Shown: positions 1 to 12,129 of the stretch, one piece after another
How positions within the stretch are numbered: the stretch's first letter is position 1
Layout: each line of letters starts with the position of its first letter
Assembly: GCA_043228905.1 (NCBI GenBank)
Contig: JBHGNT010000372.1
Coordinates: forward strand, 1-30,585
DNA: 30,585 nucleotides
DNA from: Azolla caroliniana
Lineage: Eukaryota > Plantae > Polypodiophyta
Reading direction: 5' to 3'
The notes under the pieces: model-generated
Told to the model about the DNA's origin: nothing
The model's input: only the letters and a program-made list of their open reading frames with translations
The model's database searches: none
Translations under genes and position numbers: made by a program

Positions 1-3000
1 AAGAGCGCGTGAGCAAATTAAAATGTTCATACCTGGCTCGTGTGATATCGGATTTTTGTGTTCAAACATGCGGATCGAAGCTAACAACGCTAGCTATGAT
101 ATCGAATTAAAAAATCGATATTTTGAAACTCAGGTCGAGAGACATGAAGAAATTAGCAAATTTGAGGAGGGACTTGAGAAGAGCGCGTGAGTCAATTAAA
201 ATGTTCATACCTGGCTCGTGTGCTATCGGACTTTTGTGTTCAAACATGCGTATCGAAGCTAACAACGCTAGCTATGATATAGATTTAAAAAATCGAGATT
301 CTGAAACTCAGGTCGAGAGACATGAAGAAATTAGCAAATTTGGGGAGGGACTTGAGAAGAGCGCGTGAGCAAATTAAAATGTTCATACCTGGCTCGTGTG
401 ATATCGGATTTTTGTGTTCAAACATGCGTATCGAATCTAACAACGCTAGCTATGATATAGAATTAAAAAATCGAGATTTTGAAACTCAGGTCGAGAGAAA
501 TGAAGAAATTAGCAAATTTGAGGAGGGACTTGAGAAGAGCGCGTGAGTCAATTAAAATGTTCATACCTGGCTCGTGTGATATGGGATTTTCGTGTTCAAA
601 CATGCGTATCAAAGCTAACAACACTAGCTACGATATCGAATTAAAAAATCGAGATTTTGAAACTCAGGTCGAGAGACATGAAGAAATTAGAAAATTTGAG
701 GAGGGACTTGAGAAGAGCGCGTGAGCAAATTAAAATGTTCATACCTGGCTCGTGTGATATCGGATTTTTGTGTTCAAACATGCGTATCGAAGCTAACAAC
801 GCTAGCTATGATATAGAATTAAAAAATCGAGATTTTGAAACTCAGGTCGAGAGACATGACGAAATTAGCAAATTTGAGGAGGGACTTGAGAAGAGCGCGT
901 GAGTCAATTAAAATGTTCATACCTGGCTCGTGTGATATCGGATTTTTGTGTTGAAACATGCGTATCGAAGCTAACAACGCTAGCTATGATATGGAATTAA
1001 AAAATCAAGATTTTGAAACTCAGGTCGAGAGACATGAAGAAATTAGCAAATTTGAGGAGGGACTTGAGAAGAGCGCGTGAGCAAATTAAAATGTTCATAC
1101 CTAACTCGGGTGATATCGGATTTCTGTGTTCAAACATGCGAATCGAAGCTAACAACGCTAGCTATGATATAGAATTAAAAAATCAAGATTCTGAAACTCA
1201 GGTCGAGAGACAAGAAGAAATTAGCAAATTTGAGGAGGGATTTGAGAAGAGCGCGTGAGTCAATTAAAATGTTCATACCTGACTCGTGTGATATCGGATT
1301 TTTGTGTTCAAACATGCGTATCGAAGCTAACAACGCTAGCTATGATCTAGAATTAAAAAATCAAGATTTTGAAAGTGAGGCCGAGAGACAAGAAGAAATT
1401 AGCAAATTTGAGGAGGGACTTGAGAAGAGCGCGTGAGCAAATTAAAATGTTCATACCTGGCTCGTGTGATATCGGATTTTTGTGTTCAAACATGCGTATC
1501 GAAGCTAACAACGCTAGCTATGATATAGAATTAAAAAATCAAGATTTTGAAACTCAGGCCGAGAGACATGAAGAAATTAGCAAATTTGAGGGACTTGAGA
1601 AGAGCGCGTGAGCAAATTAAAATGTTCATACCTGGCTCGTGTGATATCGGATTTTTGTGTTCAAACATGCGTATCGAAGCTAACAACGCTAGCTATGATA
1701 TAGAATTAAAAAATCAAGATTTTGAAACTCAGGCCGAGAGACATGACGAAATTAGCAAATTTGAGGAGGGACTTTAGAAGAGCGCGTGAGTCAATTAAAA
1801 TGTTCATACCTGGCTCGTGTGATATCGGATTTTCGTGTTCAAACATGCGTATCAAAGCTAACAACACTAGCTACGATATCGAATTAAAAAATCGAGATTT
1901 TGAAACTCAGGTCGAGAGACATGAAGAAATTAGAAAATTTGAGGAGGGACTTGAGAAGAGCGCGTGAGCAAATTAAAATGTTCATACCTGGCTCGTGTGA
2001 TATCGGATTTTTGTGTTCAAACATGCGTATCGAAGCTAACAACGCTAGCTATGATATAGAATTAAAAAATCGAGATTTTGAAACTCAGGTCGAGAGACAT
2101 GAAGAAATTAGAAAATTTGAGGAGGGACTTGAGAAGAGCGCGTGAGCAAATTAAAATGTTCATACCTGGCTCGTGTGATATCGGATTTTTGTGTTCAAAC
2201 ATGCGTATCGAAGCTAACAACGCTAGCTATGATATAGATTTAAAAAATCGAGATTCTGAAACTCAGGTCGAGAGACATGAAGAAATTAGCAAATTTGGGG
2301 AGGGACTTGAGAAGAGCGCGTGAGTCAATTAAAATGTTCATACCTGGCTCGTGTGATATCGGATTTTTGTGTTCAAACATGCGTATCGAATCTAACAACG
2401 CTAGCTATGATATAGAATTAAAAAATCAAGATTTTGAAACTCAGGTCGAGAGACATGAAGAAATTAGCAAATTTTGAGGAGGGACTTGAGAAGAGCGCGT
2501 GAGTCAATTAAAATGTTCATACCTGACTCGTGTGATATCCGATTTTTGTGTTGAAACATGCGGATCGAAGCTAACAGCGCTAGCTATGATATAGAATTAA
2601 AAAATCGAGATTCTGAAACTCAGGTCGAGAGACATGAAGAAATTAGCAAATTTGAGGAGGGACTTGAGAAGAGCGCGTGAGTCAATTAAAATGTTCATAC
2701 CTGACTCGTGTGATATCGGATTTTTGTGTTCAAACATGCGTATCGAAGCTAACAACGCTAGCTATGATATCGAATTAAAAAATCAAGAATTTGAAACTCA
2801 GGTCGAGAGACATGAAGAAATTAACCAATTTGAGGAGGGACTTGAGAAGAGCGCGTGAGCAAATTAAAATGTTCATACCTGGTTCGTGTGATATCGGATT
2901 TTTGTGTTCAAACATGCGTATCGAAGCTAATAACGCTAGCTATGATATAGAATTAAAAAATCAAGATTTTGAAACTCAGGCCGAGAGACATGAAGAAACT

Positions 3001-6000
3001 AGCCAATTTGAGGAGGGACTTTAGAAGAGCCCGTGACTAAATTAAAATGTTCATACCTGGCTCGTGTGATATCGGATTTTTGTTTTCAAACATGCGTATC
3101 GAAGCTAACAACGCTAGCTATGATATAGAATTAAAAAATCGAGATTTTGAAACTCAGGTCGAGAGACATGACGAAATTAGCAAATTTGAGGAGGGACTTG
3201 AGAAGAGCGCGTGAGTCAATTAAAATGTTCATACCTGGCTCGTGTGATATCGGATTTTTGTGTTCAAACATGCGTATCGAAGCTAACAACGCTAGCTATG
3301 ATATGGAATTAAAAAATCAAGATTTTGAAACTCAGGTCGAGAGACATGAAGAAATTAGCAAATTTGAGGAGGGACTTGAAAAGAGCGCGTGAGCAAATTA
3401 AAATGTTCATACCTGGCTCGTGTGATATCGGATTTTTGTGTTCAAACATGCGGATCGAAGCTAACAACGCTAGCTATGATATCGAATTAAAAAATCGATA
3501 TTTTGAAACTCAGGTCGAGAGACATGAAGAAATTAGCAAATTTGAGGAGGGACTTGAGAAGAGCGCGTGAGTCAATTAAAATGTTCATACCTGGCTCGTG
3601 TGCTATCGGACTTTTGTGTTCAAACATGCGTATCGAAGCTAACAACGCTAGCTATGATATAGATTTAAAAAATCGAGATTCTAAAACTCAGGTCGAGAGA
3701 CATGAAGAAATTAGCAAATTTGGGGAGGGACTTGAGAAGAGCGCGTGAGCAAATTAAAATGTTCATACCTGGCTCGTGTGATATCGGATTTTTGTGTTCA
3801 AACATGCGTATCGAATCTAACAACGCTAGCTATGATATAGAATTAAAAAATCGAGATTTTGAAACTCAGGTCGAGAGAAATGAAGAAATTAGCAAATTTG
3901 AGGAGGGACTTGAGAAGAGCGCGTGAGTCAATTAAAATGTTCATACCTGGCTCGTGTGATATCGGATTTTCGTGTTCAAACATGCGTATCAAAGCTAACA
4001 ACACTAGCTACGATATCGAATTAAAAAATCGAGATTTTGAAACTCTGGTCGAGAGACATGAAGAAATTAGAAACTTTGAGGAGGGACTTGAGAAGAGCGC
4101 GTGAGCAAATTAAAATGTTCATACCTGGCTCGTGTGATATCGGATTTTTGTGTTCAAACATGCGTATCGAAGCTAACAACGCTAGCTATGATATAGAATT
4201 AAAAAATCGAGATTTTGAAACTCAGGTCGAGAGACATGACGAAATTAGAAAATTTGAGGAGGGACTTGAGAAGAGCGCGTGAGTCAATTAAAATTTTTAT
4301 ACCTGGCTCGTGTGATATCGGATTTTTGTGTTCAAACATGCGTATCGAAGCTAACAACGCTAGCTATGATATGGAATTAAAAAATCAAGATTTTGAAACT
4401 CAGGTCGAGAGACATGAAGAAATTAGCAAATTTGAGGAGGGACTTGAGAAGAGCGCGTGAGCAAATTAAAATGTTCATACCTAGCTCGTGTGATATCGGA
4501 TTTTTGTGTTCAAACATGCGTATCGAAGCTAATAACGCTAGCTATGATATAGAATTAAAAAATCGAGATTCTGAAACTCAGGTCGAGAGACATGAAGAAA
4601 TTAGCAAATTTGAGGAGAGACTTGAGAAGAGCGCGTGAGTCAATTAAAATGTTCATACCTGACTCGTGTGATATCGGATTTTTGTGTTCAAACATGCGTA
4701 TTGAAGCTAACAACGCTAGTTATGATCTAGAATTAAAAAATCAAGATTTTGAAAGTCAGGCCGAGAGACATGAAGAAATTAGCAAATTTGAGGAGGCACT
4801 TTAGAAGAGCTCGTGACTAAATTAAAATGTTCATACCTGGGTCGTGTGATATCGGATTTCTGTATTCAAACATGCGTATCGAAGCTAACAACGCTAGCTA
4901 TGATATCGAATTAAAAAGTCAAGAATTTGAAACTTAGGTCGAGAGACATGAAGAAATTAACCAATTTGAGGAGGGACTTGAGAAGAGCGCGTGAGCAAAT
5001 TAAAATGTTCATACCTGGTTCGTGTGATATCGGATTTTTGTGTTCAAACATGCGTATCGAAGCTAATAACGCTAGCTATGATATAGAATTAAAAAATCAA
5101 GATTTTGAAACTCAGGCCGAGAGACATGATGAAATTAGCCAATTTGAGGAGGGACTTTAGAAGAGCCCGTGACTAAATTAAAATGTTCATACCTGGCTCG
5201 TGTGATATCGGATTTTTGTTTTCAAACATGCGTATCGAAGCTAACAACGCTACCTATGATATAGAATTAAAAAATCGAGATTTTGAAACTCAGGTCGAGA
5301 GACATGACGAAATTAGCAAATTTGAGGAGGGACTTGAGAAGAGCGCGTGAGTCAATTAAAATGTTCATACCTGGCTCGTGTGATATCGGATTTTTGTGTT
5401 CAAACATGCGTATCGAAGCTAACAACGCTAGCTATGATATGGAATTAAAAAATCAAGATTTTGAAACTCAGGTCGAGAGACATGAAGAAATTAGCAAATT
5501 TGAGGAGGGACTTGAGAAGAGCGCGTGAGCAAATTAAAATGTTCATACCTGGCTCGTGTGATATCGGATTTTTGTGTTGAAACATGCGGATCGAAGCTAA
5601 CAACGCTAGCTATGATATAGAATTAAAAAATCGAGATTCTGAAACTCAGGTCGAGAGACATGAAGAAATTAGCAAATTTGAGGAGGGACTTGAGAAGAGC
5701 GCGTGAGTCAATTAAAATGTTCATACCTGACTCGTGTGATATCGGATTTTTGTGTTCAAACATGCGTATCGAAGCTAACAACGCTAGCTATGATATAGAA
5801 TTAAAAAATCGATATTTTGAAACTCAGGTCGAGAGACATGAAGAAATTAGCAAATTTGAGGAGGGACTTGAGAAGAGCGCGTGAGTCAATTAAAATGTTC
5901 ATACCTAGCTCGTGTGCTATCGGATTTTTGTTTTCAAACATGCGTATTGAAGCTAACAACGCTAGCTATGATATAGATTTAAAGAATCGAGATTCTGAAA

Positions 6001-9000
6001 CTCAGGTCGAGAGACATGAAGAAATTAGCAAATTTGGGGAGGGACTTGAGAAGAGCGCGTGAGTCAATTAAAATGTTCATACCTGACTCGTGTGATATCG
6101 GATTTTTGTGTTCAAACATGCGTATTGAAGCTAACAACGCTAGCTATAATATAGAATTAAAAAATCGAGATTCTGAAACTCAGGTCGAGAGACATGAAGA
6201 AATTAGCAAATTTGAGGAGGGACTTGAGAAGAGCGCGTGAGCAAATTAAAATGTTCATACCTGGCTCGTGTGATATCGGATTTTTGTGTTCAGACATGCG
6301 TATCGAAGCTAACAACGCTAGCTATGATATCGAATTAAAAAGTCAAGAATTTGAAACTTAGGTCGAGAGACATGAAGAAATTAACCAATTTGAGGAGGGA
6401 CTTGAGAAGAGCGCGTGAGCAAATTAAAATGTTCATACCTGGTTCGTGTGATATCCGATTTTTGTGTTCAAACATGCGTATCGAAGCTAATAACGCTAGC
6501 TATGATATAGAATTAAAAAATCAAGATTTTGAAACTCAGGCCGAGAGACATGATGAAATTAGCCAATTTGAGGAGGGACTTTAGAAGAGCCCGTGACTAA
6601 ATTAAAATGTTCATACCTGGCTCGTGTGATATCGGATTTTTGTTTTCAAACATGCGTATCGAAGCTAACAACGCTACCTATGATATAGAATTAAAAAATC
6701 GAGATTTTGAAACTCAGGTCGAGAGACATGACGAAATTAGCAAATTTGAGGAGGGACTTGAGAAGAGCGCGTGAGTCAATTAAAATGTTCATACCTCGCT
6801 CGTGTGATATCGGATTTTTGTGTTCAAACATGCGTATCGAAGCTAACAACGCTAGCTATGATATGGAATTAAAAAATCAAGATTTTGAAACTCAGGCCGA
6901 GAGACATGAAGAAATTAGCCAGTTTGAGGAGGGACTTTAGAAGAGCCCGTGACTAAATTAAAATGTTCATACCTGGCTCGTGTGATATCGGATTTTTGTT
7001 TTCAAACATGCGTATCGAAGCTAACAACGCTAGCTATGATATAGAATTAAAAAATCTAGATTTTGAAACTCAGGTCGAGACACATGACGAAATTAGCAAA
7101 TTTGAGGAGGGACTTGAGAAGAGCGCGTGAGTCAATTAAAATGTTCATACCTGGCTCGTGTGATATCCGATTTTTGTGTTCAAACATGCGTATCGAAGCT
7201 AACAACGCTAGCTATGATATGGAATTAAAAAATCAAGATTTTGAAACTCAGGTCGAGAGACATGAAGAAATTAGCAAATTTGAGGAGGGACTTGAGAAGA
7301 GCGCGTGAGCAAATTAAAATGTTCATACCTGGCTCGTGTGATATCGGATTTTTGTGTTGAAACATGCGGATCGAAGCTAACAACGCTAGCTATGATATAG
7401 AATTAAAAAATCGAGATTCTGAAACTCAGGTCGAGAGACATGAAGAAATTAGCAAATTTGAGGAGGGACTTGAGAAGAGCGCGTGAGTCAATTAAAATGT
7501 TCATACCTGACTCGTGTGATATCGGATTTTTGTGTTCAAACATGCGTATCGAAGCTAACAACGCTAGCTATGATATAGAATTAAAAAATCGAGATTTTGA
7601 AACTCAGGTCGAGAGACATGAAGAAATTAGCAAATTTGAGGAGGGACTTGAGAAGAGTACGTGAGTCAATTAAAATGTTCATACCTGGCTCGTGTGATAT
7701 CGGATTTTTGTGTTCAAACATGCGTATCGAAGCTAACAACGCTAGCTATGATCTAGAATGAAAAAATCAAGATTTTGAAAGTCAGGGCGAGAGACATGAA
7801 GAAATTAGCAAATTTGAGGAGGCACTTTCGAAGAGCTTGTGACTAAATTAAAATGTTCATAGCTGGGTCGTGTGATATCGGATTTTTGTGTTCAAACATG
7901 CGGATCGAAGCTAACAACGCTAGCTATGATATAGAATTAAAAAATCGAGATTCTGAAACTCAGGTCGAGAGACATGAAGAAATTAGCAAATTTGAGGAGG
8001 GACTTGAGAAGAGCGCGTGAGTCAATTAAAATGTTCATACCTGACTCGTGTGATATCGGATTTTTGTGTTCAAACATGCGTATCGAAGCTAACAACGCTA
8101 GCTATGATATAGAATTTAAAAATCGATATTTTGAAACTCAGGTCGAGAGACATGAAGAAATTAGAAAATTTGAGGAGGGACTTGAGAAGAGCGCGTGAGT
8201 TAATTAAAATGTTCATACCTGGCTCGTGTGATATCGGATTTTCGTGTTCAAACATGCGTATCGAAGCTAACAACGCTAGTTATGATCTAGAATTAAAAAA
8301 TCAAGATTTTGAAACTCAGGTCGAGAGACATGAAGAAATTAGCAAATTTGAGGAGGGACTTGAGAAGAGCGCGTGAGCAAATTAAAATGTTCATACCTGG
8401 CTCGTGTGATATCGGATTTTTGTGTTCAAACATGCGTATCGAAGCTAACAACGCTAGCTATGATATCGAATTAAAAAATCAAGATTTTGAAACTCAGGTC
8501 GAGAGACATGACGAAATTAGCAAATTTTAGGAGGGACTTGAGAAGAGCGCGTGAGTCAATTAAAATGTTCATACCTGACTCGTGTGATATCGGATTTTTG
8601 TGTTCAAACATGCGTATCGAAGCTAACAACGCTAGCTATGATATAGAATTAAAAAATCAAGATTTTGAAACTCAGGCCGAGAGACATGAAGAAATTAGCA
8701 AATTTGAGGAGGGACTTTAGAAGAGCCCGTGACTAAATTAAAATGTTCATACCTGGCTCGTGTGATATCGGATTTTTGTGTTCAAACATGCGTATCGAAG
8801 CTAACAACGCTAGCTATGATATCGAATTAAAAAATCAAGAATTTGAAACTCAGGTCGAGAGACATGAAGAAATTAACCAATTTGAGGAGGGACTTGAGAA
8901 GAGCGCGTGAGCAAATTAAAATGTTCATACCTGGCTCGTGTGATATCGGATTTTTGTGTTCAAACATGCGTATCGAAGCTAATAACGCTAGCTATGATAT

Positions 9001-9414
9001 AGAATTAAAAAATCAAGATTTTGAAACTCAGGCCGAGAGACATGAAGAAACTAGCCAATTTGAGGAGGGACTTTAGAAGAGCCCGTGACTAAATTAAAAT
9101 GTTCATACCTGGCTCGTGTTCAAACTTGAGTATGGAAGCTAACAACGCTAGCTATGATATAGAATTAAAAAATCGAGATTTTGAAACTCAGGTCGAGAGA
9201 CATGACGAAATTAGCAAATTTGAGGAGGGACTTGAGAAGAGCGCGTGAGTCAATTAAAATGTTCATACCTGGCTCGTGTGATATCGGATTTTTGTGTTCA
9301 AACATGCGTATCGAAGCTAACAACGCTAGCTATGATATGGAATTAAAAAATCAAGATTTTGAAACTCAGGTCGAGAGACATGAAGAAATTAGCAAATTTG
9401 AGGAGGGACTTGAA

Positions 9415-10530
9415 AAGAGCGCGTGAGCAAATTAAAATGTTCATACCTGGCTCGTGTGATATCGGATTTTTGTGTTCAAACATGCGGATCGAAGCTAACA
9501 ACGCTAGCTATGATATCGAATTAAAAAATCGATATTTTGAAACTCAGGTCGAGAGACATGAAGAAATTAGCAAATTTGAGGAGGGACTTGAGAAGAGCGC
9601 GTGAGTCAATTAAAATGTTCATACCTGGCTCGTGTGCTATCGGACTTTTGTGTTCAAACATGCGTATCGAAGCTAACAACGCTAGCTATGATATAGATTT
9701 AAAAAATCGAGATTCTGAAACTCAGGTCGAGAGACATGAAGAAATTAGCAAATTTGGGGAGGGACTTGAGAAGAGCGCGTGAGCAAATTAAAATGTTCAT
9801 ACCTGGCTCGTGTGATATCGGATTTTTGTGTTCAAACATGCGTATCGAATCTAACAACGCTAGCTATGATATAGAATTAAAAAATCGAGATTTTGAAACT
9901 CAGGTCGAGAGAAATGAAGAAATTAGCAAATTTGAGGAGGGACTTGAGAAGAGCGCGTGAGTCAATTAAAATGTTCATACCTGGCTCGTGTGATATGGGA
10001 TTTTCGTGTTCAAACATGCGTATCAAAGCTAACAACACTAGCTACGATATCGAATTAAAAAATCGAGATTTTGAAACTCAGGTCGAGAGACATGAAGAAA
10101 TTAGAAAATTTGAGGAGGGACTTGAGAAGAGCGCGTGAGCAAATTAAAATGTTCATACCTGGCTCGTGTGATATCGGATTTTTGTGTTCAAACATGCGTA
10201 TCGAAGCTAACAACGCTAGCTATGATATAGAATTAAAAAATCGAGATTTTGAAACTCAGGTCGAGAGACATGACGAAATTAGCAAATTTGAGGAGGGACT
10301 TGAGAAGAGCGCGTGAGTCAATTAAAATGTTCATACCTGGCTCGTGTGATATCGGATTTTTGTGTTGAAACATGCGTATCGAAGCTAACAACGCTAGCTA
10401 TGATATGGAATTAAAAAATCAAGATTTTGAAACTCAGGTCGAGAGACATGAAGAAATTAGCAAATTTGAGGAGGGACTTGAGAAGAGCGCGTGAGCAAAT
10501 TAAAATGTTCATACCTAACTCGGGTGATAT
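9415..10530. repeat. About 6-monomer duplicate of 1-~1116; a third related copy starts at ~3381
   Basis: Offset is 9414 bp. Shared rare variants: GATATGGGA (ATGGGA at 581/9995) and CTAACTCGGG at 1101/10515. ORF pairs 123/9537, 479/9893, 1013/10427. Confidence 0.85.
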
Positions 10531-12129
10531 CGGATTTTTGTGTTCAAACATGCGTATCGAAGCTAATAACGCTAGCTATGATATAGAATTAAAAAATCAA
10601 GATTTTGAAACTCAGGCCGAGAGACATGATGAAATTAGCCAATTTGAGGAGGGACTTTGGAAGAGCCCGTGACTAAATTAAAATGTTCATACCTGGCTCG
10701 TGTGATATCGGATTTTTGTTTTCAAACATGCGTATCGAAGCTAACAACGCTAGCTATGATATAGAATTAAAAAATCGAGATTTTGAAACTCAGGTCGAGA
10801 GACATGACGAAATTAGCAAATTTGAGGAGGGACTTGAGAAGAGCGCGTGAGTCAATTAAAATGTTCATACCTGGCTCGTGTGATATCGGATTTTTGTGTT
10901 CAAACATGCGTATCGAAGCTAACAACGCTAGCTATGATATGGAATTAAAAAATCAAGATTTTGAAACTCAGGTCGAGAGACATGAAGAAATTAGCAAATT
11001 TGAGGAGGGACTTGAGAAGAGCGCGTGAGCAAATTAAAATGTTCATACCTGGCTCGTGTGATATCGGATTTTTGTATTGAAACATATGATATAGAATTAA
11101 AAAATCGAGATTCTGAAACTCAGGTCGAGAGACATGAAGAAATTAGCAAATTTGAGGAGGGACTTGAGAAGAGCGCGTGAGTCAATTAAAATGTTCATAC
11201 CTGACTCGTGTGATATCGGATTTTTGTGTTCAAACATGCGTATCGAAGCTAACAACGCTAGCTATGATATAGAATTAAAAAATCGATATTTTGAAACTCA
11301 GGTCGAGAGACATGAAGAAATTAGCAAATTTGAGGAGGGACTTGAGAAGAGCGCGTGAGTCAATTAAAATGTTCATACCTGGCTCGTGTGCTATCGGATT
11401 TTTGTTTTCAAACATGCGTATTGAAGCTAACAACGCTAGCTATGATATAGATTTAAATAATCGAGATTCTGAAACTCAGGTCGAGAGACATGAAGAAATT
11501 AGCAAATTTGGGAAGGGACTTGAGAAGAGCGCGTGAGTCAATTAAAATGTTCATACCTGGCTCGTGTGATATCGGATTTTTGTGTTCAAACATGCGTATC
11601 GAAGCTAACAACGCTAGCTATGATATAGAATTAAAAAATCGAGATTCTGAAACTCAGGTCGAGAGACATGAAGAAATTAGCAAATTTGAGGAGGGACTTG
11701 AGAAGAGCGCGTGAGCAAATTAAAATGTTCATACCTGGCTCCTGTGCTATCGGATTTTTGTTTTCAAACATGCGTATTGAAGCTAACAACGCTAGCTATG
11801 ATATAGATTTAAATAATCGAGATTCTGAAACTCAGGTCGAGAGACATGAAGAAATTAGCAAATTTGAGGAGGGACTTGAGAAGAGCGCGTGAGTCAATTA
11901 AAATGTTCATACCTGACTCGTGTGATATCGGATTTTTGTGTTCAAACATGCGTATCGAAGCTAACAACGCTAGCTATGATATCGAATTAAAAAATCAAGA
12001 ATTTGAAACTCAGGTCGAGAGACATGAAGAAATTAACCAATTTGAGGAGGGACTTGAGAAGAGCGCGTGAGCAAATTAAAATGTTCATACCTGGTTCGTG
12101 TGATATCGGATTTTTGTGTTCAAACATGC

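Noticed and set aside
3015-3030. GGGACTTTAG in variant monomers as a telomere-derived or telomere-seeding motif
   Set aside because: It is only a 5-bp TTTAG match, and the real junction lies elsewhere in the monomer (base 81).
8070-8273. Single minus-strand 67-aa ORF
   Set aside because: Chance loss of stop codons through satellite SNPs, with no independent support.
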